From Vicugna vicugna (lineage: Eukaryota), in NCBI GenBank assembly GCA_013265495.1, contig MU058337.1, positions 1,170,777-1,234,776 of the forward strand: a stretch of DNA of 64,000 nt, written 5' to 3'. This document shows, in pieces, positions 1 to 12,339 of the stretch (within the stretch, counting starts at the first letter, position 1; the number at the start of each line of letters is the position of its first letter). The translations under genes were made by a program, and so were the position numbers. The notes under the pieces were generated by a model. That model ran no database searches. It saw only the letters and a program-made list of their open reading frames with translations, and was not told the origin of the DNA.

Positions 1-393
1 AGTCTTGAGCCTCCAATATTTTGCTGCCCACCTGGGCAGCTTCAGTTTTAGTTCACATTTGGAGCTCGTCACAATCCAAAAACATTGCTCGTGTTAGGCT
101 GAATGAGAGTGGCGGAGAGACACAGACTCATTCCTCGGTTTGCGATAAATTGAATGAACGTTATTACCTAACTTCCGCAATCCTGACACCATTGCAGTTG
201 GATTTATCCGGTACTTCTTCTTAAAATCTAAAACATAGGCTGTTTCTTTATTTGATATTTTTTAAAAGATGAGAAAACAACTCGTGGGATGGAACTAAAT
301 GTACACTGTATCATGCAGAGCTATGCTTAGCAGTTTCCTTAAATATAAACAAAGTGTCCGTCAATCTCTTTCCACATGAGTAACGGTCAAGAT

Positions 394-574
394 CTGGGGC
401 TGATCCAGGTTTTGTAGCCTGAAGCTTAACAATTTTTTATACCCCTTTTAACAAGAAAGATACAAAATGATAAACATTATATTGCTAGGGCCCATCCAGG
501 GCCTTGACAGGGTCTCAGGCAAGACAGAGGCCTAGAAGGCTGACCTCATGGGCGGCACGGTAGTAGCACCCCTA
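394..574 (+). mobile_element. MER53-like hAT DNA transposon (MITE)
   Basis: GGGGCTGATCCAGGTTTTGTAGCCTGAAGCTT...AAGAAAGATACAAAAT...GGGCCTTG...CACGGTAG...CCCCT follows the recalled MER53 consensus; the terminal inverted repeats are degenerate. Confidence 0.75.
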
Positions 575-2651
575 CGGAACAGATCGAGGTCTAGAAAATG
601 TAACTAGTGTGGTCGGGGTCCATTTCTTCCCTCAGTGTTGGCCTTCTGATGCCATCGGCCACTCACACAGCTCACAGCAGCAGAGGAGAGACCGGCTGAG
701 TCCTGGCTTCAGCGCGACCCTGCACAGAACCCCCGCCTCCCTCGTTGGGGCTCCAGGTTCAGTCTGTTCATAGCTCAGAGCCTGCTGTAACCAGGATGCA
801 GATAACCCCCAAACCTCTCCCGTGGACACCCCACGGGTCGGTCTCTATGCCTGCCCTGTCACGGACAGCATGGCGGCCGGTCCTCCTTGCCTCTGTGTTC
901 CCACCCCCTCTTGGATTCCCACCCCTCTCTGTCCATCTCCTGTGCTGCCTTCACTTCTTCAATTTGCGTATCTTGAAGGGATGTTCTGGTTAACCCCATG
1001 ACTCCTCACACAAACTCCCTGACCTACTTTTCCACCCAAACCTCTCTTCAGAGCTCTAGACCCAACTATGGAATTGGAATTTTTAAAGTCACTCAGGATT
1101 CTCATGCTGGAAATGTCCAGATCTGAACGCCTGGTCCTCTCCTCAGTGCCCTGTGAACAGCTCTTCAGATGCAACCACTCAAAGCAGACCCAGGGGACTC
1201 AGCCGGGCCGCCCCTGTTCTCACTCACCCCTTTCCAATCAGCCACTAAGTGCCGTGGATTCTACCTCCCAAACGTCTCTTGAGTTCCTTCCCGTACTGCA
1301 TACTCCTCTCACACCAGTGTGGGTTATGATTATCAAGATGATTGATTCTTTGAAGCACAGTCTTATTTGAATTTATCAAATGCCCTTTTGGCTGTTTCCT
1401 AAATTTGAATAGAAATGGAAGGCTTTTCAGAGCCATATGCTCTCGCTTACATTTTCCCCCACGACTCGAATCGATTTTCCATCATGATTAGCTCTGGACT
1501 CTCAGCAGGTAACTCACCACCTCCTAGAAGGAAAAGGGAAGAGATCCTGAGGGAGAGATGATGGGCTCCTTCAGTGTCCAAAGACCAAGCCTGTAAGCCT
1601 ACTGGCACCTGCACCCGCTTTTACCTTCCATTCCTGTTACAGGAGGGGCCCTCCCCGGAACCAAGGCTCGCCCCCCGTGTGCCCGCCTGTGAAGGATGCC
1701 GACCCTTTCTCTGTTCTCACGTATTTCATTGATTGTGCAGCATCTCCATCTCTACCAGCACTTTCCTGGCAATCGTCTCTTCACCACCCGCCCCGCACTG
1801 CTTCTCCTAAGCATTCGATGCTAAATTCCCTGAAGCAGTGCCTGCATTAGCTGTCTCTTTGCTCTCTGCCACCTGACTTCAGCATTCTACTGAATTCCTA
1901 GCATTCTACTCAAATAGCTCCTGTCACTTAGTAACCCAGCAAAGGACTTCAAAGGACACCTACCTACCCTACCAAAGGACATCACTCAGCTACTTTGGCT
2001 TCTAAAGGACACCATGCACTGGATTTTCTTCCTGACTCTCTGGTTCCTCTTTCTCAGTTTACTTTGTACTTTTCTTTTTGCCCGTCCCAGCTCCTCTGCT
2101 CTTCTAACCTTACACACCTTTCTGCTCCATCATCCTCCAGCTTTAATTAACCAGTGATGGATTCTGATTCATAAATTCACATCCTTGGCCAAGATCGTTA
2201 TCTGGAGATTTAGATGAATATATCCCTTTAACCAGTGAAATCTGCCACTTGAATATCTCCCTGTGGGTCTAACTCCAATGTCCCTCAATAAGTTCATCCC
2301 CTTCCCACCAAACCAGCTTTCTCTTGGTCCCACGTTTTGGTGGCAGGCATCACCATCTCCCAAGATGCTCAGGCAAGAATCCTTTTCCTTTTGCTTCCCT
2401 CACCTCCCTTGCTTCCCACATCTAATCAAATTCCCGTCAGTCATACCACCTGAGTCTCTTTTGAGCTTGTCTTTTCTCCCCATGTCCACTGTCAGTGCCC
2501 TGCTGTCCACCAGTACCTCTCACCCCATTCCCTGCAGGATTCTAAATTGTTCTCTCTCGTCCTAGCATTGCTCGCTTCTGATACGTTCTCCACATTGCAA
2601 TGTAATCCCTCTGAGATGCACTGAAGAACCATCATGTCATTCTTCCGCTTC

Positions 2652-2941
2652 TGACTCACAGACATAGAACACAGACTTGTGGTTGCCGGCGGGGAGCAGG
2701 GTGGGAAGGGAAAAACTGGGAGTTTGAGATTTGCAGATACTGACTGGTACATATAAAACACATAAACAAGTTTATACCATATAGCACAGGGAAATAGATT
2801 CAATATCTTGCAGTAGCTTAGAGTGAAAAAGAATATGAAAATGAATATATGTATGTTCATGTATGACTGAAGCATTGTGCTGTACACCAGAGATTGACAC
2901 AACATTGTAAACTGACTACACCTCAGTTATAAAAAAAAAAA
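2652..2941 (+). mobile_element. 5'-truncated L1 3' UTR with poly-A (camelid/cetartiodactyl-type)
   Basis: GACTCACAGACATAGAA...TTGTGGTTGCC...TATAGCACAGGGAA...CTGTACACCAGA...AACATTGTAAACTGACTA followed by an A-run; similar to the 3' end of the L1 at 47300-47612. Confidence 0.9.
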
Positions 2942-3005
2942 CCTTACAGTGGGACAAAACAACAGCAAAACCTAACAACAATCTCCCCGCATTGCTCCCG
3001 CCACC

Positions 3006-3042
3006 GCTCCCCACCTGCTCCCCACCTGCTCCCCACCTGCTC
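3006..3042. repeat. 11-bp tandem repeat (GCTCCCCACCT) x3
   Basis: Directly visible in the sequence. Confidence 0.9.
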
Positions 3043-3394
3043 ATGTAGCACTACGTGGTGCAGCTGTGAGGACCTCTTTACAACCTGAGACTCTCCAGGT
3101 CTCTCCCCGCGATGCACAGCCCTCCTCAGGAGCTCTTCCTTGTCCCGGGGGCCTCAGATTAGCAGCAAGTTGTCAATGAGCTCCAGAGTCATTGGTTAAG
3201 TCCTCTTTATAGCATCCTTCACAGCCTCTTTTGATGCTTATGACCGCAGGGCACTGTGTTCCCTCTCTGCTTGTTTGTAGACTCTTAAGTCTTTTAAGGA
3301 CAGGACCAAAGGTTGGGTTGATCAACCTGCATTTGTGGGGCATGGCTCGGTGCCCACCCCCTAGCTGATGGGCACGTTGTTTACCATGTGCCTG

Positions 3395-3530
3395 AGCTCT
3401 AGCATGGGGGTAATCGTGGTACCTGCTTCCTTGGTTGTCATGGGAATTGAGCGAAGTCTTCCCTGTAACACACTTGCAATAGCACCTAGCACACAGATCA
3501 TGTCCAATAAGTGATAGTGATTGTGATTTA
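3395..3530 (+). mobile_element. MIR fragment (3' half)
   Basis: ATGGGGGTAATCGTGGTACCTGCTTCCTTGGTTGTCATGGGAATTGAG...CACTTGCAATAGCACCTAGCACACAG matches the MIR core and 3' end. Confidence 0.65.
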
Positions 3531-4540
3531 ATGGGTGGGCAAGTAATTGTTCTGACTAAAGGAACTTCCTGCCCTGGGACTCAACTTAGCTCAATACCCC
3601 TCTTATGGATAAGAACCTATAAATATTGAGTGTCAGTATGTTTAGCTTAATTAATATTTCATCAGGCAGATTATGAGAGGTGCAGGGAGCAGGAGGAACA
3701 GCACCATGTCCCAGCCCTCGTCACACCTCACACACTCACTTTAATGTAACCTAGGAAAGGCAGAGTAGGAAAACATGGGTTGTTATGGAGACCTGCAGGA
3801 GCGGGGGCTTCTAGGAGAAGTCTGGTCAGAGACTGATGAATGGATCTGAAAGTTTATCTCAAAGTTTTAAATTTGAGGGCAGAAAGATTGCAATAAAAAT
3901 AGGTATCACTTGGAAAAGATAGAGACATCGAGTTACTTTTCAAACCAGTCAGGACACTCTGTTACTGCACTGCCTAACCAATGTTTTCATAGAAAGCATG
4001 CGTTTCTATATGGGCGACCTAAGGCGTAAGTCAGATTGAGGCTGAGCAAAAAGTCATGCCATCTGAAATTTGAGATTGCATTGGTAAATTTATATTTAAA
4101 AAAAAAGATGCAGCCTTCCAGATCTTCATCTCTCTGGAATTGCAACTAATGTTCCCAGACTAAAAGGATTACAGCTTGTATCAGCTTGAGTAACATGTCA
4201 TGATGCCTAGAGTCCACATTGCAGACACCAGCGCTCAAGACTCACATTTGGGTTCACATTTTCTTACTTGTGTGGGTTGAACTGTGAATCTAATTTAATG
4301 ATCTTCTGACACTTCATCTCACAGAAGAAATTGCCACTGCTCTTCTTAAGTGTGTCTGCAAACGCAGTGATAAACGTGTTTGCCTTCACTCTTGTGTTTC
4401 CCCTCCATACGTTGTACACTCCCCTGACGGGGACTGGTTGCTTGTCCGCCTTGAGGACAAGAGCTAAATCCAGCTCCTATGCTCAGCGATGCACCCAGGC
4501 GGGCCTTGACTGACACTGTTAATAACAAGAATGGTCCCAT

Positions 4541-4752
4541 CAGGGGTTCTAAACTCGGCACCTCTGACTTCTGGGGCTGTGCGATTCTTTGCTGCTAGGG
4601 GGCTGTCCTGTGCTTTGTAGGATGCTAGCAGCATCGCTGGCCCCAATCTTCTAGGTGCCAGTTCACTCTCTCCCCATTTGAAAACCAAAAATGTCTTCAG
4701 ACTTTGCCCAATGTCCCTGGGGGGCAAAACCACCCCTGCCTGAGAACCACTG
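4541..4752. mobile_element. MER20 hAT-Charlie DNA transposon, full length
   Basis: Terminal inverted repeats CAGGGGTTCT...AGAACCACTG; internal GGGGGCTGTCCTGTGCTTTGTAGGATG and AAAATGTCTTCAGACTTTGCCCAATGTCCCTGGGGGGCAAAACCACCCC. Confidence 0.9.
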
Positions 4753-5059
4753 CTCAGGATACATGCAGATGCAGGGGCTTTAAAGGCAACCACAGCAGGA
4801 AAGGGACGCAGCCCACACCATGTTCCAGCCATGTGATCTTGGTGTTCCCGGCCAGGGAGGTCAGAAGGAGGGTTAGGTACAGGCAGGCCACAGATTCCAC
4901 CCTGAATTTGATAAAATTACCCACTGGATTCAAGATTATCAGGCCATCTTCAATTTTGAAAACTTCTTCTACAAGAAGACAACTGAGGATTTGTGTCCTG
5001 GTGGTAGCAGGCATAAAAGAGCTTTGTAAGGTTGTAGGTGGATTAAGCTTTTTATAAAT

Positions 5060-5435
5060 CAACAGTGTAGTGGGGCTAACTGCCAGACCAAAGCCAACTT
5101 GATCTTCAGCTGCATTAAGAGTTGTATAATTTATTAAAGGATGAACTTAACGCTCTGTACTTTAAGATCATTTTTGGAATGTCTTGAAGCTACGTTTTAA
5201 GAATTTCTAGGTATGTGCTAGGAAGTACTCAAGGAATCGTAAATTATCAGAGAAATTGTGCATCTCAATACAGAATAACTGTCTGGGGAGGCCTGAGATG
5301 CTTCAGTAATGCCGAAACTCAAGTACACACCTAAAGACCATTGATAAGGATATTATAGAAAGGCCTTAACTTTCTGGTGAGCAATTAAACTTGAATATCA
5401 CTGCCCTTTCTAAGCCTGAGAGGCTGTGATTCCTT
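5060..5435 (+). mobile_element. L3/CR1 LINE remnant (3' end)
   Basis: CAGTGT...AAAGCCAACTTGATCTTCAGCTGCATTAA and terminal CCCTTTCTAAGCCTGAGAGGCTGTGATTC resemble the CR1/L3 ORF2 end and 3' terminus. Confidence 0.55.
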
Positions 5436-6799
5436 AAAAGCGGTCGTTCATTTTTTTCTCTCTGGCCCCTTTAAGACCAAGACCAGAAGGGAAAGGAGGT
5501 AGAGGGCCTTCCCAGGCTTTGGTGGGGGACGAAACAGACCTGCACCCGGTGTTTAGATTTCACATGGATCTGGACAGCTCAGTACTCCTTCTCATACGTT
5601 TTCTCGTGATCTTACTCTCTTAAGAGCAGGATAAATGTCACGCCCCCCCCGCCCCCTGTTTACCCTGCTTGGCTCCTGCAGATATGCAGAATGTGTTTCA
5701 AGCCAAATAAACTATTGTGTATTCTGCCCTAATACCATGGAAGTTATCTTTTCTAAATAGCCTTAATCTTCGTTACCTAGTACATCATTATTTGTACAGC
5801 TTGGGTTGATCCATGTTGTACAAATCCATGGCGTGATTAGACAGAACTGGGGTTTCCCACCAATAAAGCTGTTCTGATTCAGCTGACTTACGAAGATGCC
5901 TTCAAAGACAAATTTCCAGAACGACCTCCTGGCACTTGCCATTCCTTACTTCTTGAGTCAACCTACTCACAAACAGGGTTTTCTTATTCAATTATTTCTC
6001 AAGCATTAGCTTTGATTCACTTCTGACCCCAAAGTGACTTAATGTCGCAGCATTAGTGAGCCCCTATCATGCAGTAGACTGCCCCAGAATATGGTGTGCC
6101 CTTAACTCAAAATGTAGCCTTGTACTTGTTTCAGCTTCAACCTGGAGATGGGTAACATGCACCAGTAGTAGCATTTCTTGCAGAAAGCACAAAGCTTTCA
6201 TTTTTAAAATATAGCATCATGTCTCCAGTTGGACAACCCTCCAAATCTTTGAATGCCTCTCCTTTGTTTCAGTATCACCCATAGTCTCTTATATCATCTC
6301 AACCTTTTAATTTTAAATCAGTCTACCAAATAAAATGTCAAATCCCCTCTCACTGCAAAGTCACACATAATGTGAAGGCCAAAAAAAAAAATTCTACAAA
6401 TAAACTAACCTGATAAAAGTCTGCCATCAGTGTTTTAGATGGTTCCATTACTGAGATCATTTCCTTTGGTCTTTTCAGCAAGTCCCTTCACTTTGTCCTA
6501 CATGAAAGGAGCTGCTTGCTTGACTCAATACAGTTGCTGAGTTGAGTAGATGGTGTTGAAGTTAAAAGTCAGGAAATGTATTTCTCTCTCCATCACTAAC
6601 TGTGAATCCTTTCCTTTCTGTACCAGGTGTTTCTTATCTATAAAGTGGACTCTCTGGTCTGAGAGAGGACATGATTAAGATGAGTACATAAGTATCTAAG
6701 GGTTTTCAAATATATTAGGCATAGAATTTTTACATAGCTTCAACAAGCTAACATGAGGCCCTAAAGGTCTATGGTTATGAATACGGGAGCTAATAAAAG

Positions 6800-7540
6800 C
6801 CTGTGGAGAAAAGTAAACTCTCCTACCCTGTGGGTGGGAATGTAAATTAAAATCAGTGCAGCCACTATGAAGAACAGTGTGGGGGTTTCTCAAAAAAACT
6901 AAGAGATACCATGTGACCCACGGATTCCGCTCCTGGGTACAGATCTGAGAAAAACAAAAACACTAATTCAAAAAGATACATGCACCCTAATATTCATAGC
7001 AGCACTATTTACGATAGCCAAGATATGAAAGCAACCTGAGTGTCCATCAATTGATGAATGGGTAAAGAAGATGTGCTACACATACACACATGCATGCACA
7101 ATGGAATACTACTCAACCATCAAAAAGAATGAAATTTTGCCATTTGCAGCAACATGAATGGGCTTGAAGGGTATTACCTTAAGTGAAATAAGTCAGACAG
7201 AAGCAGACAAATACTGAATGATATCATTTACATGTGGAATCTAAAAAATACAACAAACTAGTGAATATCAAAAAAAAGAAGCAGACTCACAGGCATAGAG
7301 AACAAACAGTGGTTCCCAGTGGGGGGAGGGAAGAGGGGAGGGGCAGGATGGGGTAGGGGATTAAGAGGCACAAACTCTAAGGTATGAAATGAGCTACAAG
7401 GATGCACTGCACAACACGGGGAACACAGCCAACATTTTATAATAACTATAAATGGAGTATAACTTTTAAAAATTGTGAATCACCATATTGCATACCTATG
7501 ACATATAATATTGTACATCATCTATACTTGCGTTTTAAAA
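6800..7540 (+). mobile_element. L1 (L1MA-type) ORF2 end and 3' UTR, 5'-truncated
   Basis: GTGGAGAAAAG...GGTGGGAATGTAAATT...GCAGCCACTATG, ACAATGGAATACTACTCA, AAGTGAAATAAGTCAGACAG and a G-rich tract at 7321-7360. Confidence 0.92.
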
Positions 7541-7849
7541 GTCTGTAAAAATGTAAAAACATGGCAGCATGCGTTTTTTATTCTTTGAGGCGGTGGGAAA
7601 GAGGTCTTATTGCCCCCTCCTATCTCTAGAATGCATGTGCCTGCAGTTGTGAATCTGCTTATAGTTCATTTTCTTGAGCTATGGCCCCCTCTAAAGAGGC
7701 TACTATCAGCTTGGGTGGAAGAAGAAAGACCACTCACCACATCCACGACATCCATCTCTCTGCCTTCATCACAGGGGGCTGGACAATGCGTCCATCCACT
7801 GGCTACCTTCTCCAGGCCTGCCTCTGCTCCTCAGTCGGCCTTCAGTCCA

Positions 7850-8317
7850 TTGCAGATGCTATCACACCCCACGCCACCTCTTCTGCCCACTGCTGGCTTC
7901 ACTGCCGCTGGATGGACAGATCCCCGCTTGCTAACAGCTTCCCTGACTCAGCTTTTTCGTCTCTGCGCTTTCCCAAAGGCCCTGGCAGGCAACCAAGGAA
8001 TGATGGGGTGTAGACACCACCCGGACAGCCATTACTAGCGGGTGGGGAGATGGCTAGGTAAGTGCACCAGCCTCCCTTCCACTGGAGGAGCAGTCTGCGC
8101 TGCAGGTGTTGCAATTTCCCAGGGGTCACAAGAGGGCTTGAGCCCCAGGTGCTCACAGCGAGTGCAACCTTTACTGGTACATTATCTTCTCCTTTGGCTT
8201 TTTCCTTCCCTATCTCACTCCCCCATGCTCTCTCTTCTGGAATCATCCTCCTAATAGACCACCTGCACCCTAGACCTCATGTCAAGCTCATTTTGGGGGG
8301 TGAACCCAAATAAGGCA
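7850..8317 (+). mobile_element. LTR16-like ERVL solo LTR
   Basis: The 3' end CCTTCCCTATCTCACTCCCC...GGAATCATCCTCCTAATAGACCACCTGCAC...GAACCCAAATAAGGCA matches the recalled LTR16 terminus. Confidence 0.7.
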
Positions 8318-8359
8318 ATTCCCCAGATCACTTCAGTTTAAAAAACTTTGATGAGGCAT

Positions 8360-8760
8360 GAACTCCGTGCTGGGAAATACGGTGGGTTTAAAAAAAGATA
8401 CGTCATGCAGCAACACACTGCCGTGATCTCAAGGAGCAGTACCTTTCGCAGGGGAGCAAGACAAACAGAGCCATCGTCACAGCAGAGGGCTATCGGCGCT
8501 GTGGTAACAGCACGTCCAGAGGCTGACGAGAGCTCAGAGGAGGGCAGCAGCGCACTTCTGCGGGGTGGGAGCTGCGGGAGCGAGGCGTCTGTCCTCGAGT
8601 GCTTCCAGGAGAGGCGTCTGAACTGATGCTCGATGTATCAGTTAATAGTGCTCTGTGTGAAAAACAGAGGAAAGGCAGCAGTGATCTGCAGGAAGATGAA
8701 AAGCATGGGCTATTTATTCCTTCAGCATGAGTCACCGAGCACCTCGTCAAGGCAGGCTCT
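8360..8760 (-). mobile_element. L2 3' remnant
   Basis: GTGCTGGGAAATAC...TGCCGTGATCTCAAGGAGC...CAGAGGAGGG...CTTCCAGGAGAGGCGTCTGAACTGA resembles a reverse-oriented L2 3' end. Confidence 0.5.
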
Positions 8761-9987
8761 CCGCTCGGCCCTGGGACCTTGTCGGCGAAGAAGCCAGCAT
8801 TTTGTAGGACCTTCTGCCAGGACTTACAGGCCATACTGAGCGCTTCGGCGACTTGCCACTGTACTGTGAACATCTTGACATCAGGGACTACATTTTCGTG
8901 TTTCTTTTTTTTTAGTTTGGTACAGAATTGATCAAAATTTTCCCCTTCTGAGTTTTCCTCCGTGTATACATCACTACCACTCAGCCTACTTTCCTGAGCC
9001 AGTTTGAGGGGTGACTTAGTGATTCCAAGAGGAGGGAATCCACAATGATGTGTCCAGGGAGCTTAAAACGGCTTGGCCTTTCCTTGGACTCACATTCCTA
9101 AAATAAACTGAAATGTTCTTGGTCCCAAACGTCCCCTCAGCTTCTCAGCCCATGCAGCTCTCACCCTTGAAAAGAGAGAGCGTGTTAAATGCTCAGCTGA
9201 ATGAGGACATTCGCCACCGATAATCACTCAGGAAATTTTGGTCTGTAAACACGACCTGCAGTCATTCAGAAAACCAGCTAGACCTCGCCTGGAAAGCTCT
9301 GCCAGAGCGATGGAATCAAAAGGAGAAACACTGGTGAAAGGGGCGCAACTGGCTCCCAACTTAATGAGGTGCACAGCCACCTGTGTCTGCAGGGACAGAT
9401 CTATTTCCTGCTAGAACATGCACTTCCTGTCTCATAAACACAACTGGGACACACCTTTCAAACACCCAAGGAGAGACGAAGGCCGCGGGGCCAGGGGGCA
9501 CAGTCGGCCGACCACCGCGCCCAGGGTCATTTCCATCCTCGGAAGGTCACGTTTCTCGCTCTCAGTCTGGCGTCCGCCTAGCTCCCCTGCAGCCCAGCAC
9601 CCAGTCCCTATTTTTAATTGATGATCCGGGGTTCTTAGCTCAGTAAACTGCCTTGGTTAAATATTCTTCTCATCTATTATTTTTTTCCTCTCCTCTGGGG
9701 AGCAAAGTATTTCCTGACATCTGTTCTGAATTTGGTTTTTTTTTGTAATTTCTGTGTAGGCCTTTTTCCTATCATCTACACAGAACTGAAAATAGCATTT
9801 TGGGTTGAGGTTTTTGTTTGTTTGTTTGTTTTTGCCATTTCTAGGATAATATCACCATTCACCTCAGGGAACTCCAAAAGGGCACTGGTGCTAGCTCTTC
9901 AAGGATCCTGTAGCCACGGGACAAAGCTGTGTGTCCCTGAACTATTTCATAAGCCTGGAATACTTACTGGGATAGAGCTGAGGGCAG

Positions 9988-10398
9988 CTGCTGCTTTGAA
10001 TGTTTGTGTCTCCTCCTCCCCAGATTCACATGTAGAAGCCCTAACCCACCTTGCGATGGTATTGGGAGCTGGGGGTCTCAGGGAAGTAATTAAGGTTAGA
10101 GGAGGTCAGAGGGTGGGGCCCTCATGCTGGGATTAGCGTCCTTGTAAGAAGAGGCACCCGAGGCTCCTTCCCTCTCTCTCCTTCTCTCTTCCTTTTTTTC
10201 TCTGTCTCCACTCCTGTGAGGACACAGCAGGAAGGCAGCCGTCTGTCAGTCTGGAAAAGAGCCCTCACCAGAACTCCACCACGCTGGCCCCTCGGTCTTG
10301 GACTTCCACTCTCCACAGTGTGAGGAAATCAATTTTGATAGTTTAAATTTAAATTTAAATCCGTGGCATTTTCTTACGGTATCCCCAGCAGACTGACA
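9988..10398 (+). mobile_element. MLT1A-like MaLR solo LTR
   Basis: TGAATGTTTGTGTC...AGATTCACATGTAGAAGCCCTAACCC...GGGTGGGGCCCTCATGCTGGGATTAGCGTCCTTGTAAGAAGAG...AAGAGCCCTCACCAGAA...TCTTGGACTTCCA. Confidence 0.88.
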
Positions 10399-10916
10399 GG
10401 CTGGTTGCATGGCGGTCACGGTTGCCCCTCTGTACACCCCGTAAACCCCTTCCAGGACATGCACGGGGCCTCTCCTTCACTGGGTCCCCCTGACTAGACT
10501 GACCACAGTGAGCTGCTCCTCTTGTTTCTCCAAACTCTGGCAACTCATGACAAGGACAAAGATTACTGCCATATGCAATAATGCAATTGGGGGCATGTTT
10601 TTAGCATATCCATTACAGATTTTTGGAGAATAAATAAAAATAGAAATTAAATAAATTGTCTACAATCCCACCAGTCCTAAGGTAAATAACAAGTATGTGC
10701 TGCTAAGATTACTCCCAGTCCCCTTTAAATGCGTATATACATCACACTGAAGCACACGTGTGCGTGTTTTAATGTTGTGTGTCCATGTGTGCGTATTATT
10801 CTACATTCATGGAGGTTTTATGGGGGCAAGTAGTGGGTATGTATGTTTATACATGTCTATGTCCACATGTCTATGAGTAGTATCACATCTGCATGTGTGT
10901 CGTATATAAATAAATA

Positions 10917-10942
10917 CACACACACACACACACACACACACA
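10917..10942. repeat. (CA)13 microsatellite
   Basis: Directly visible in the sequence. Confidence 0.97.
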
Positions 10943-12339
10943 GGTACAATACACCTAAGATGTCAGCCAAAGATTCTGCCAACCTAGATTCCTTGTGATT
11001 CAGAGTCTGGAGGAGTGAACACCTGGAAACTGGAGTGAGGGTTCTTAGGCAGTGTTGCTGAAAATTAGAAAACAGATTCCCTTCAATGTTATTTGCGAAA
11101 TGAAAGTAAAAGCTAGAATTCCCTGTTACTTGCTGCTTGGCAGCTGGACTCTTTTTCTCATGACTCCTTGCAAAGATGTGCCATGTGGCTCCTCGGCTTA
11201 TGTTTAGGATAATATAAAAATACTCCACCAAACAGTACCGAGCTGGTCAGTTCCATCCAGTGTGCGTCGCTCTTCAAAGGAAAAGTTTCCAGGTTTCTGC
11301 ACTGGGCGTCTCCTTAAATGAACTATTTTATGAGTAGGCACTTTTTAAACAGTAAAGTAGTACGTGGGTATGAAATATTGCTCTTAGTAGTGATGGGGCA
11401 AGACTCAGAAATCAAGGTGAAAAGCAGATAAAGGGGGAAACCCCTCGCATCACCTCCCCCAGGATGGCCACGCCAGCCGCACTCGGACGAGTCACGGGAG
11501 GACAAGTGTGCTCCGAGGGCACTCACCTCCAGCTCCAAAGGCAGCTGGGTGCTGAGTCAGGGGCCAGCTCTGCCATCCCTGAGTGGCCATGAGGAGTCTT
11601 TACGGGTTCTCGTGGCCACTGGCCCCGTGCCATCTGTATTTTGAGATGTTCACAAAAGAGTGGGAAAATACTTTCTTCTCACATCTAGCAGAAAATAACT
11701 TCTGGAAGTGATTGACTGCTCCAAACAGCCCTCATTCTAGAATTCATGTTGACTTAAATGGGCATCTCCTTTTATAAAACCAAGTATTTGATCAGACTGT
11801 CTCACTAGTTCAGTTCTCACGACCCCCGTGACCTTGGAAGGGAAGAAAGGGACTAGATGGTCTTCTTGGGATATGATGTTCCTTAACGGTCGATTATGAA
11901 CTTCTAAAACTACTCTGACAAAGAAAATCTTGGAACATTTCCTGAAGGTACTTATTCTGTGCTTTTTAAAGACAGTTCAGAATATGGTGTTCTGATGAAG
12001 CAGTAAGACAAAGAGTTTTAAACATCATGAGAGGTTTTTCCAAACTAAATGATTACATGATTTAAAAAAAAAAAAAAGCCTGCAAATGTTAGGCTTCTTT
12101 ACTAGTTACCTGAAAAATAATCTCCTGAAGTTGACCAAGCAAAACGCCCTGTTATTGTTTGCCTCAGTTCTAGAGGCTGTGGGGGTGTCCAGCTCTGGTG
12201 AGGAAGGGGAAGAGGGGTGGGAGGGTATAAGATCAAAGCACGTACACCGTAGGGAAAATGCTTTTTCTCTGGGGCTTTGAAAATCTCTTTTTAAAGGGAC
12301 CCCTCCCCACCTACTTTGGGGGTTGGCATACGGTTTGTG

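Larger units (their letters stand above)
1580..3390 (+). mobile_element. L2 LINE remnant (3' part), interrupted by a younger L1 at 2652-2941
   Basis: Pyrimidine-rich sequence with typical L2 motifs (CACCATGCACTGGATTTTCTTCCTGACTCTCTGG; CATGTCATTCTTCCGCTTC...AAAACCTT); it resumes after the L1 poly-A. Boundaries are approximate. Confidence 0.65.

Noticed and set aside
1881..2012. Short interspersed direct repeats (AGCATTCTACT x2, AAAGGAC x4) resembling a repeat-spacer array
   Set aside because: Too short and irregular, and inside an L2 remnant; local slippage, not CRISPR-like.
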